Part shown: piece by piece, positions 52,845 through 64,000 of the stretch
How the letters are laid out: each line of letters starts with the position of its first letter
How positions within the stretch are numbered: the stretch's first letter is position 1
From: Xylographa opegraphella
Lineage: Eukaryota
NCBI GenBank assembly: GCA_022813865.1
Contig: JALDZX010000049.1
Location: 1-64,000, forward strand
Direction of reading: 5' to 3'
Length of the DNA stretch: 64,000 nucleotides
The notes under the pieces: generated by a model
What the model saw: only the letters and a program-made list of their open reading frames with translations
The model's database searches: none
Told to the model about the DNA's origin: nothing
Made by a program: the position numbers and the translations under genes

Positions 52845-55156
52845 TCATTCGGCGCCACCAAACCAATTCCAGCTCCAGCTCATTGATCCGTCGTATCCCA
52901 TGCTCAATCCCCAATTTCTGACAGCCCAAATCGCCACAAGAGCTAGTGCCCCAAAACTCCCGGCTTGAAGTGCAAACCAACCACGGCTTTTCATGATCTC
53001 GTTCCATCGTAACAGGCCGAGCGGATCCGCAGGGTGCATCGTGCCGCGATACGCCGAAGTTCGTGCTGACGTTTCCTTCGACCAGTAAGAGTCATTGCCG
53101 AACCCGGCTACCAATGCCGTCTCCTGGCTGCTTGTCACTGGAGAGCCGTCGATCTTGCATTCACCAAGACGCTCTTTGAGCCAGGCAGCACGCTGTTCAA
53201 AAAGCAATGCTTCGTATCGTCCTCGCTCGTTCTGTAGACTTCTTTGCAGATTGCCAGCCCAATTGGCAAGCTGAACCCGAGCTAGCCTTTCTTCCCGCTG
53301 CGTATGGTCCGCGATCCTCGCATGTGTATAGGACAATGGACTGCTGGGATACGAAATTATGGCTTGTGAAGGCGACGTTATTGATGCAGTGGATATCGTA
53401 AGAGGTGACGTATTTGCACGGTCGTAACGCGTAGGGGAAGAAATCCGGGATGTAGGTCTGATTATTGACATTGCCCGTGGAGTCTTGCGCCATTCAATGA
53501 TTTTTTTCGCTGCAGAATGCCTTAGCCATGATACATTATCTTTATTAAATATCTGTTTCACTAGGAGTAAGAGTTCAGACGGGAGTAGTGGTTGGATATA
53601 GTCCGGCGACATCAGAAGGCTAGCGTCCATGTTGTCCTCGTCGTTAGACGCCGATGAGCATACGGCGAAAGGTGGTGAATCCGCGGCATGTTCCGTGCCG
53701 AACACAAAAGGTCTGATGCCAGCAGCCTCGAGTTGCTTTGGAACCGAGGCCTTTAACTCTTTGATCTCATCTTCAGATAGTGTGTCTGCTTTAGCTAGCA
53801 GTGGTATGACATTTGTTGTCTGTGACAACCGGCTGAGAAACTCGATGTCTGTTGGTTGCAGATCTAATATACAATATATTAGCATTTTGCATATCCAGAA
53901 TAGACCGCGGCGATTTTACCTTTTGCGAACAGATAAAGAACTACATCCACCTGAAAGCCGCCGGCTCCGCCCAGCATACTCAGCAGATCTATGTCACTCA
54001 TGTGTGAAAAGGAGATATTCTTGGCCATCTGGGCCTCGATGTAATGGAGAACCGAGTTCACAGATTCCAGCACCGACGTCTCAGGATCGTAGCCTGGAGT
54101 GTCCACAAAGCAAATGTTTCTCTCGAGAACCGTGTCCCCACCACTTTTCCTTCTTCGCAGGACATGGCTATCTTCAAGGTCAGACCACCATGATGGGTAT
54201 GCCTTTGTGCTAGCATAGACCTCTACTATCTGGTTCGTAGCGCCAGAAGGAAGAGCGTTGGAACTTGGCTTTGACCTTCTAGTTGAAAGGCTTTCTAGCG
54301 ACGGAGAATTTGACGAGAGTGGATCGACATGAACAATATCTTCGCAAACCTGAACGATAGATTTAATGAGTGAACTTTTACCAACGCCTAGCGAATAGTC
54401 AGCGATACGGCACTAGGATTCCATTAAATACCACGTACCAGAAGGTCCAGCAATCAGGACTTTGAGTCTATCAATTGTTTTTCCACACTCTGTGAACGGC
54501 CTTCGACTGGGCATCATAATACTCGGCATTATCAGCTGCGGCAGAGTGCCATGAGTATCATGGTCGTGGTCATTATCCTCGTCTCCGCTGGACACGACAG
54601 CTTGGCTAGCACCATCTCCGCACGAATCTTCGTCCGAAAGTCTCAGAGAACGTGTCGATGTGGATTTCGGACTGCTTGGTACAGATGATCCTAATGCTAG
54701 TGATACCAGTGAAGAGTGCGTCGCAAGATGAGGGTGGTCGTCTGGGTATTGCCAATGTTGGTGGTGGGGGCCTGGGGATGTGTCTGGGCTGCTTGGCGCC
54801 GATGCGTGCCCTGGATTAGCTATAGGCTGATCACGCCTCCTCTGAAAATTGGCCTTGAGAGTAGACCTCCTTCGACTATTTGGTATATTATATGTACTGC
54901 TGTGTTCTTCGTCTCCTTGTTCAATCTCCTTCGCATCGGTTGTGGAATCCAAGCTTCGAACACCAAAATTGCTCTCACTTCCTGCAGCGGGACCGGCGGC
55001 AGTCGTGGAGGCTTCCATCATACTTTCTGAACTCATGAAGAACGTTGTCGGACCACCACGGGTGGGAAGAGTGACGGGCGTGGTGACTTCGGGATCTGCA
55101 AAGCTTTGTTTGCGCGAGAGCGCAGGAAGGGCGTCACCGCCCACTAAGGGTCGCAT
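52845..55156 (-). CDS. Septin-like P-loop GTPase with disordered N-terminus and C-terminal TM segment, 3 exons
   Basis: KVLIAGPSG-VGKSSLI (G1), FVDTPGY (G3), NVIPLLAKAD (septin G4), coiled coil, hydrophobic C-terminus. Confidence 0.8.
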
Positions 55157-55300
55157 GGTAGACGTTCGGTGGAAGCTCAGAGTAATGTAGTAGAACAATC
55201 TCGCCGACGGGCACGAAGAGACGGTCGAGGGATGGAAACGCGTCGGTGGAGCTGCCTAGGACGTACTTTGGTGACGACAAGGGGATGTGGTCTGCTCCCG

Positions 55301-55416
55301 GACTTTCTTGATCGCACTGAACGTTATATTTCTTGCCTACCGGTCGTTTCGCACGGTCGACTTTCTTGATCGCACTGAACGTTATATTTCTTGCCTACCA
55401 GTCGTTTCGCACGGTC
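55301..55416. repeat. Direct tandem duplication, 2 x 58 bp, one mismatch
   Basis: gactttcttgatcgcactgaacgttatatttcttgcctacc[g/a]gtcgtttcgcacggtc occurs twice. Confidence 0.95.
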
Positions 55417-56305
55417 TGGCTTTGCAGTACCTAACAGGCTGTGTAGAACTGGGTCGATCAGTCACGATGTGGAATGTGCAGGCCAAGGTCATGTACCTGA
55501 CCGAGGACGTAATGGAGGGGTCGACGGCAGCCTGATTCGTTCGAAACATGATCCTTGGGCGTTGGTACAGACACCGCCTTTTATGATATGGCGACAGCTT
55601 TCCCGTCCTGAGCAACAATCCATGGATCACATATTTCGGTCTGTTGTGGTTCTTTACATGCACCTATTCAGAAATTGTTGGAGTCGCTGAGACTCTCACC
55701 CGATTGCACTGGAGACTTGACGTTGAGATTAAAATTGTGATTGATATCTTACAGGAAGTGATAAAAGGTGCCATGTTGAAACGGACAGCTCCCAAGGGAA
55801 AAGAAGTATCATCCTCCATGTGGGCACCATCCTAGCCATGTACGAGACCAGCACGTAGACCCCACCAAGTCAATATCTTGTAACCGCTGTCGGCCACGAG
55901 CCTTGTTACAGCGTATCGGTCAATGCTTTTCCTGCCTAAAAGATGCATACTTCGCACCCCTCCTAATCTAGCCAATAGAAAAGAAGAATCGTAAGATGCA
56001 GTGTGAACAGATAAAGCCGTTACATGGAAGCCCACCGCTCACGATCGCTATGCCAGATGGGATACATGAGCCAAGATCAGCACTCAGAAAGAATCGATCA
56101 ACATTGTAGAGACATTTCGGATTTGACACATCCTATCGAGCAGAACTCTACTACGAAGCCAGGAGAGATAGGCCGTTGCCAAAATTCGTGCCTTAGGTCG
56201 GATCCGCAACATAGTGTTGATGACTTGGTCGAGGACAAGACCAGTGAATTCGAACGCTGGAAATAGGGTGAACCAAAAAATGGTGGCATCGTGGAAAGCG
56301 GCCCG

Positions 56306-58185
56306 TTAAGCTGGTTGGGGCATACCACGACCACGTGGTGTCAGTGTTCCACCTCTTCCACGTGGGATGTAACCACCACGACCGCCGTCCTTTTGGAAAC
56401 CGCCGCGTCCTTGGCCATTTGGCCGACCGTCCGGTCCTCCACGGCCACCACGCATTCCACCTCTATTGTTGTAACCACCGCCATAAGCGGATGGGCGTGG
56501 CCGTCGTTCTTCAACATAGATTTGTTCCCCTCCGATCAAGTGAGGGTTCGCGGCAACAGCAGCATTATAGCCGGCAATATCGGCAAATTCAACAAAAGCA
56601 CAATTCTAACACCAGTATTAATTTCTTGGACTTCCACAGTCAACAAACCATCACATACCTTCTGACGGCTTACGTCAAAATACTCCAGCTTACCATACTG
56701 ATTAAGAGTGTTCTTCAGTTCTGCAGCGTCTACCCTTTCGGTCACATTCTTTACATAGCCGAGAATATTTCCTCTCTCACTAGCACCTCCGGAAACAGAG
56801 TTAGACTGCTGACGTGCTTGTCTCTTGCTCGTATCTTGACCCGCGGTTTGCCATCCACCAGGACTTGGAAGTGGCTGAGAGGACAAATCCTCACTCGACG
56901 GAATAGCCGGAGCAGCTACCGCCGCCGTACTGACTGCTGCAGGAGCCTTGCTTTGCGCAGGTGCTGGAGAGACGGAGGCAGCAGAGGCAGTACTTGCTGC
57001 CCCTGTAGATGGCACGCGAGCGGCGACCAGATTGGCCCAAGTTTTAGGAGCAACTGGCTTTGAGACCGGGGCGGGTGTCGAGATGTTCGTGGACTCCGTA
57101 GTCGTTTGTTCGGGTTGAGTAGCGATAGGAGTTGGCGCTGGATCTTTAGGGGCTTCCTCTGGGGGATTCTCAATCTCCGTGTTTGCTCGGGCCGCTTCTT
57201 CAGAACTAATGCCCTTGTTCTCATCCATTCTGGCAATCTCGACAGGAGTGTCCTCTTCAACTTCACTAGCGGTGCTTGTTTCACCATTACTGAGAGTGGC
57301 TGGTACTGTAGAATCATCGATCTGTGCACCAGATGCCTCTTCTTCGAGCTTCTTATCAACAATTTCAGCGTCTTGTTCTTGAATAGCGGCGTCATCTGAG
57401 CTTGTGAGGGTCTTAGGCTCGCTCACGGGTTCAGGAAGCACAGGAAGCTCCGGCCCAGGGTCAGCGTGATCCTCAGCCTCTTCATCCTCATCCTCAGCAA
57501 TGTAGCGGAAGATATCGTTTAGTACAAAATATCCGTTCGGCTGTTCCGCCAGCACAAAAGTCTGCACAAATTTCCGATGTGGCGCTGCTTTGTTAGACAT
57601 CTCTCCGATAACCTGAACGACGATGTTCTTGAAAGATGCTTGTGAATCGACATTCGACACACGAACTTTGCAGTCTTGAATGTCGAGCTCCTTGATTCGT
57701 TCGTTGATGGCCTGATCAGAATCCGTCAGCTATTCGTGTATGAGTGGTCGTAATGGCGGGATACTAACACGTTGACCAACCGATACAGATACCTTCTCAG
57801 CTTCGACACCAGAAACAAACTGGGAGCGCTTGGAATAGAAAAGCTAAGGCTTATGTTAGTCACTTTCACATTCCTCACACAGCTTTGGCCGCTACCGGAA
57901 CAATATCTGGACACATACATGTAGCTTCTCTGGGTTTCTGCTGAGCGTCGTGTAGTATTGTTCTACGAAGTACCACCCAACCTCATCCTTGGAAACACTG
58001 CCATTGGTATCGGTAGAATTTGAAGTCTCATTACTGGTAGCAGCAGTGGCCGACTGGCCGCTAGCAGCACCGTTCGTTGTATTTGCAGAGTTACCCGTAA
58101 TAGGGAGCGAGTTCTCCGTAGTTCCATAAGAGTCCTTGTAACCATAGTTTCCGTTGACAGTTGCTGGAGTAGATTCAGAAGCCAT
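56306..58185 (-). CDS. NTF2-RRM-RGG protein (G3BP/Nxt3/Bre5 family), 4 exons
   Basis: EVGWYFVEQYYTTL, RKFVQTFVLAEQPNGYFVLNDIFRY, PKTWANL, RRM NCAFVEF, RGG tail. Confidence 0.92.
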
Positions 58186-59505
58186 AATTAGGACTTGGAG
58201 AATTATGTAGGTGAAGTCTGGTAAACTGTAGTGGCTGGAGGTGGCAGAGAGCCGTAGAAACGGATGTCAGTCTAAGATTCGAACTTCTATTAGCAGGGGC
58301 AGAACAACGACCCAGCAATCGATCGCTGGACCAAGACGGTTGGCTTTAAGAGTCGGACTCACATGCGCAAAGCGTTCGCAGAATCTACGACCAATGCTGA
58401 GTGGGAAAGAAAGTATTACACTTATGAAGATTAAATAGCAGATCTAGGACGGATCAAAAAATGGACTCGCGTGGAATTAGAGTGACGTGCGGGGGCAGAT
58501 GTCTGAAGCACGCTCGTTCTTGCAGTCAAAAAGAGGTAGAATGGTAATACAGAATAGGAGGTATGATCAATCACAGTGGTAACGACACGCAAGTAGAGAC
58601 CGCGTTCCTGTGTTTTCTGCAATGAGATGCTGAAGAGGATTCTCGCCGTTTCCGAGAGAATTTTGGACTAGGTTCTCTGATCTTGGCGGCGGCTTCGCAG
58701 ATGCTTGTCACGTGGGCATTTGCATCTTGCAATCAAACATGAACGTGAATGCTAAAAGCTTCAATGGCATCCAGGCTGTATCTGAGTGCCTGCGCTCAAT
58801 GACTCGCGGGGTATCTACCAACGCTGAACGTCAAGGTCGCCAATCGTGGGATGTTGACAACAGCAATCGTTCAGTCGTGCTCTGCCCACGAGCTAGGTTC
58901 ACATTGTCTGCCGATGAGCGAGGCAGGCCTCTGTGTCAGACATGTGCTTTGCCAGGTGCCAGACGGCAAGCCAGACTGCATTACAAGGCTGCATGCTGGC
59001 CTGAAGATGTTACACAGCATGAAGCAAACAATCGGCGTGGCAAGGCGTATTTGTCATTGGGTGAAACCTTTGTCGGCTTTGTGTGCACGCTGGGGCATTC
59101 AGTCGGCAAGCAGATAACAACAATGCCTATTTAGGGTATGTTGCAAGTCCGATGAGCGGTACCTGAAAAGATGTGGGACATTGGCTATGGCACTACGAAG
59201 TAAGAACGTCACGGATGAGGCAGTGAAGTAAGTATTGCTACCATTGGAGTCAGTAGACAATTATTATGCAAATCTCCGTCGAATAAGAGTACACATCAAT
59301 CCCATCCGGCAGACTAACTCCTGGTTTTCAATGACCCAAACATTCGTAGAGGGTATTCCAGTGCGTTCCAAAACATCAGCAACACAGTCATCGTTGCTCC
59401 ACTCCTCCTGCAGCCAGATATCTCTCTCGATATGCCGGTATATGGCATAAGGCATGACTCCACCACTTTGTGCCCCTCTTCACCAACGAAACATGCCGGC
59501 CGTCA

Positions 59506-59954
59506 TCATCTCGAAGTCGTGGCCGATCGTTCAACGACTGACTTCTCACTCATAACCCTAGGGCGCAGTACCGCATCTTGACTGGTCATCCTCCGACCCA
59601 GTGCTCTTTCCACCTTCGCTCCCAAGGCCAGCTTGCTGAGATTGTCAGACTTCTCTGCGCTTGGCTGATATCGTTGCTGCTGTAGACGTTGGCTGTTCAG
59701 CCGTTCCAAGTTCTTCGACCACTCCTTGATCTCTTGGACTCGCGGATCGCCATTGGAGGACGACACCGTGCTTTCTGAGGCTGCCACCGACGGGACCCCG
59801 CTATAGGTGGAGAAGCGTTTCGAAGCACGATTCGAGGAAATCTGCAGAACATAGCGTGTGAGCGCTGACACTGATGAGTCACGCGAGAGACAATGAAAAT
59901 GTAGACTGAAGCCACGGCAAATACAGCTCGATGGAGGCTTACACTTGGTTCCAT
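59506..59954 (-). CDS. Small conserved-looking fungal hypothetical protein (115 aa; 12-nt exon 1 MEPS; intron 59842-59942)
   Basis: ATG GAA CCA AGT|GTAAGC..CTGCAG| in phase with exon 2 (LSKLALGAKVERALGRRMTSQDA). Confidence 0.75.
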
Positions 59955-61060
59955 TATTGGCCTCGAGGATTCGAGCGACCTGACCATGATGTAGGAGAAC
60001 TGGTGGAAATCGAGATACGGTGTGGTGGACGGCCCCTGACCAGTTTCAACCAGGATGTAAAGACCAACGTATCACTCGCGTTAGGACTATGGTACCGGCC
60101 GGAGAAACAGCGGAAGGGCAATTCGAACTCACGAAACACGCACTGGATCGAGCGTGAGCAAGAGTAGAATTTCAGTCTTAGAGCTTGAGATGATCCACGC
60201 CTGGCGGACTCGTGGAAGCAAAAATCGGTAGTTTTGCCCTAGGTCGTCCGTCGTCAACGCGAGGCTGCGGCACACGGTAGAGCGAACCCGCGACTTGTTG
60301 ATGGATGCTGGGTCGTGAAGCGTAACAAATCAAGGCGATGGAGGAAGGATGCTTGGAGCAACAAAAAAGCACACACGCAAAAAAAGGTTGGGAAGGGAAG
60401 CAGGCAGCATACAGCTAGTATATGATTAATATTGCGCCGTGGCCCGTGGGGGGGGCAAGGTGGCTGCACCGGGGGAGTGTTTGCGCTATGGGTGCAGCGC
60501 CTCGCCCGGGCCCCTTGGCCTCCTTGGCCTGGCCTTGTTTTCCGAGCGGGCTCATGGCGAGGAAATGACTCGTCGAGCCTGTAATTTACCAATCGGTTAA
60601 GGGGGGGCCACCGGGGGGGGGGGGCTGGATCCCTGCCCGGCCACGTGGATCGCGTGCTGCTGAGCTCGCCCCGGCGATGAAACTCGATGACACCCTCCAC
60701 TTGCACCCCTCCCCCTTCGTGCCCACTGCTGTGGTACAGTATCTCCGACCACCATCCCATATTATTACTTACGTAGTCCATATACTGTTCAGTCTACGGA
60801 GTATGCCGACGCCCTCCCGCCCACACTTCTGCTGTTTTGCAGCCAATCCAGCCGATCAGTAAAGCTGCTGCGCCGTGTGGGTGCCGTCCATATTGCTTGC
60901 GATCCTTGATCTCAGGATTGAGCCCGTCGCTGGTCCAAGTCATTGCCTGCACCCCTCGTTGTGGTTCGTGTTGGCCGTGTCCTCTTCCGTCACGCTGCGG
61001 CCACGTTGGATGATGCCCGGGTGCGAGGCCGGCTACTGAGTTGACAAGCACATTCGCACG

Positions 61061-62817
61061 ATGCCGAAGCGGCAATTGCTGAAGGTCAACAAGAAAAAAG
61101 AGAAGCATGCTCCACCGGTGTGTACTCGCACCTTCTCATCCGAACAGAATGCCTCCTCCCCTGAACGTGCATATATGAAGTCGCCAAAGGTGCAGGAAGT
61201 ACGGGACGTGCTCGGCTAAGACTGCCACTTAGGGCCCAGAAACCGCCGACGAGTATCTGGCTGGTCTGCACTCACGCCGCTTTCGTCCACTCGTCGTTTG
61301 GTGCTGATCTCGCCAATAGCCGGAGTCGAAGCTGAAGAAGCTGGGGAGAAATGGCGCGCAGGAGATGCAGCCAAATCAGCTCGCTTTTTCGTGCGAGCCA
61401 TTGAGCTGTACCATGCCGGCCTGGGGCGTTTCCCGGATTCGTTTGACCTCGCCTACAACAAGTACTGACTTCGTGTGTTGTTGATGGCATCGACTGACAC
61501 GGCCAAGGGCTCGCCTCCAATACGACATCTCGCAACAGCCGCGACTACTGGCACAATGGCCGGTCTCAACAATTGACCTATTGTTGCTTGCGCTCGAGTC
61601 GCACCGCTCGGCCTTGAAGCTCCGGCAAGATGATGCTGATGTTCTGTTGTAAGCCATCGGTCTCGCCGGATATCATTTTAGGAATGTCCTGACCGTCGGC
61701 AAGCAATACAGCTCAGGTATTGACAAGCCTGGGAGAACTGCGGGGAGAAGGTAGCTCTACCAGTCCCGAAGGTAGAGAGGATGCTTTGAAGAAATTCCAA
61801 GAAGCTATGGAGCTGTTCCAAAGATGCTCCGCAGTTCAAGAGTATCGGCTGAACGAGGCTCAAGCAATGACGACAGATGCACCTATGCTCGAAGACCCGA
61901 CTGATGAGGCAAATCACCATCCAACCGAAGGAGAATTCGACTCGCAGTTTCCGGAAGAGGAGCAATGGGCATCAATCATTGAACCCATCACAGCCAATAC
62001 ACTTCTGGATACCATCGTTGCGCAAATCGAAACACTAACGGTGATGTGTGGTCTCATGATATCCCAAGATCCCGCCGGTCTCCCACGGTTGGAGGAGTAT
62101 TCGCGCCCTTTACTTCAGCGTGCCAACTCTTTAGTCGAAGGAACTGACAGAGTTCAAGAAATTTCACTTTCAGTGGCGAACCTCACGTCCGCGTTCGCTG
62201 ACGCAGCGTTTCGTGCTGGACGTCTCGACCTTACAACATACCAAGCAGAATTGAACAACGCCTTCGGCTCAGACATAGAATCTTCGACTTCTCTTCAATG
62301 GCTTTGCGATAGAGCTGATGCCTACATCACCTTCACCGCCAGTATACGTCCTACTCCTGAGCTTGCGGCTCAAATCGAGGCCGTATCGCCTCAGCTCATC
62401 GATCTTCAGTGGATATACTTGACAAAGGCCTTGGCCGATCTGACAACAGCCACCAAACTGCCTCATGTGCCCAATCTAGCTAAGATACATCTTCGACGGG
62501 GGGATTGTGAACTGCTGCGATACTGTCTTGGGAAGGTGCCTTCATGCTACAAACAAGCTGTTCAGAATGCGACTATGCTGTTGAGGAATGCGGAGATCTA
62601 TTACCGAGGCGCTGCAAAATTTGCAAAGGTTGAAATGGTAGGTCAGGAAGAAGCTGAAGCTCTGGTCAAGGAAGCCGTGGTGAGCAGCTTAAACGGCGAT
62701 AGTGCCAAACTCACGCCATACGGTGGCCAAGCCACGAAGGTGATCGATGAAATGAGAGACGAAGGCTTACTTATGGCTGAGGACATGGATCGTCTGGGCC
62801 AGCAGTTGAATAAATAG
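61061..62817 (+). CDS. TPR-like helical repeat protein (UPF0656-like), 5 exons
   Basis: Spliced MPKRQLLK..PETADEYLA-AGVEAEEAGEKWRAGDAAKSARFF..SFDLAYNK-ARLQY..NTAQVLTSL joining the 365-aa ORF. Confidence 0.75.
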
Positions 62818-63368
62818 CAATGAACGGTGCCGATATCATTTGTGCATCGAGCTGGTTGGTGTAACGTAGTGTGTGCTCCAATAATGGGCACACTGGTGAA
62901 TATGCGCCGCCGAACTCGGTGGCGGTCGACAATGTTTTAGGGGAGCGCTTCCTGAACGTAGCCCCGAAGGCCCCCTGTCGTTCGGCGGGAAAGCCGCTAA
63001 TTTGAAACATTTTTGGTGGTGAAACCGCTGTCGTTCGGGTCCCCTCGGGCCACATTCTTTTAGCTTAGGACCTAGGACTATGATTTTAGGGCTCCATCCC
63101 TCGCTACAGCCACTTCCAAACGGCTTCGAAAACAGTCACGCTACCTAGAAAGTAATCTCGACATTTTACCATGCTTAGTGCTCTGAAGGTCGTGGTAGTC
63201 TGCTAAGACGCAGGCTCTCTTGCCTCCTCATGACTCGATAGCATAGTCGTCTCCAGGGTCCAGACCCAGCATCACCACCACGAGCTCCGTCCAACGCCTC
63301 CTGCGTAACGCTCCGGTTCTGCTATAGCTCCTGCCTCTTGTCGGTGAGGTGGGAGCTCAGCAAGTATC

Positions 63369-64000
63369 ATGGATGCCCAGGTATTAGCATTCCTCACACT
63401 CTTGAATAGCCTCTGAAGGTAATGCTGATGGTTCATGTGTCAGATTGAGAACGCAATAGAAATAGCGTGGAATCCCCAGTCCGATCAGAACCTCAAATCA
63501 CAAGCCTTCGAATTTCTGAATCAGCTTCGCTCCGAACCTCAAGGATGGCAAGTATGTCTTGCACTTGCTATAAGGGAGCCAAGAGCTTCAGAGGTCGTCC
63601 GTCATGTCGCACTTGAGGTGGTAAACAATACTATACAGGGCCACCAAGTTGATGAACCAGGCATGCTATTTGTACGAGATAGCTTGATGCACCACATACG
63701 AGCTAACTACGGAGCTGGGAGTCGGATTGCTCAGCAGGATCCCGTCGCCATACAGAACAAAATTAGCCAAACGATCACATTTCTCTTCGTAGCTTTATAT
63801 CCGAACCAATGGCAAACCTTCTTCGTCGATTTTCTCTCTCTCGCCAGCACATCAAATACATCGGGAGCTGAAAACTTCCTCGGGACAGCATTATACCTCA
63901 AGATTCTGATTTCTGTGCACGATGAGATAGCGGACACGATTGTGAGGAGATCTCCCGAAGAGCAACAACGGGACAATGATCTGAAGGATGCTGTGCGAGA
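63369..64000 (+). CDS. LOS1: Exportin-T (tRNA export), 5' part only; intron 63381-63443
   Basis: [69 protein letters not shown]; runs off the window. Confidence 0.9.

Noticed and set aside
55301..55416. CRISPR-like repeat
   Set aside because: Only two abutting copies, no spacers, eukaryotic context
58241..59455. Short ORFs between the G3BP-like gene and the small protein gene
   Set aside because: No domain signatures or convincing splice structure
1..64000. tRNA, rRNA or snoRNA genes
   Set aside because: None recognised by eye; tRNAscan-SE/Infernal needed to exclude them, especially in TAF5 intron 1

Overview
Gene-dense, intron-containing nuclear DNA of a filamentous ascomycete (Pezizomycotina, inferred from short GT-AG introns with CTRAC/CTAAT branch sites and from the gene set). 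The first ~1.6 kb is an AT/TpA-rich, probably RIP-mutated repeat relic containing a 17-N gap. About 23 genes follow: ASPM/Asp-like CH/IQ protein, YTA7, CDH1, M18 aspartyl aminopeptidase, PHO13, PDX1, a mitochondrial-type membrane protein, then a ~6.5 kb lineage-specific-looking interval (BTB gene, orphan tandem-repeat protein, relics), SMC1, GPC1, DCR2, VPS5, MED11, TAF5, ClpP, an RRG8-like gene, a disrupted PTH11-like receptor, HSP90, a septin-like GTPase, G3BP/BRE5, a small conserved protein, a TPR-like protein and the start of LOS1. Four observations stand out. (1) The ~630-nt TAF5 intron 1 hides an in-frame alternative terminal exon that would give a 129-aa product with a hydrophobic tail. 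(2) The PTH11-like gene has TAG exactly at its conserved DDW tryptophan, so it is either a pseudogene or an A-to-I editing target. (3) A BTB protein carries a GLEBS-like N-terminus. (4) An orphan protein is built from a 156-bp higher-order repeat. All gene models were spliced by eye and no database searches were run.
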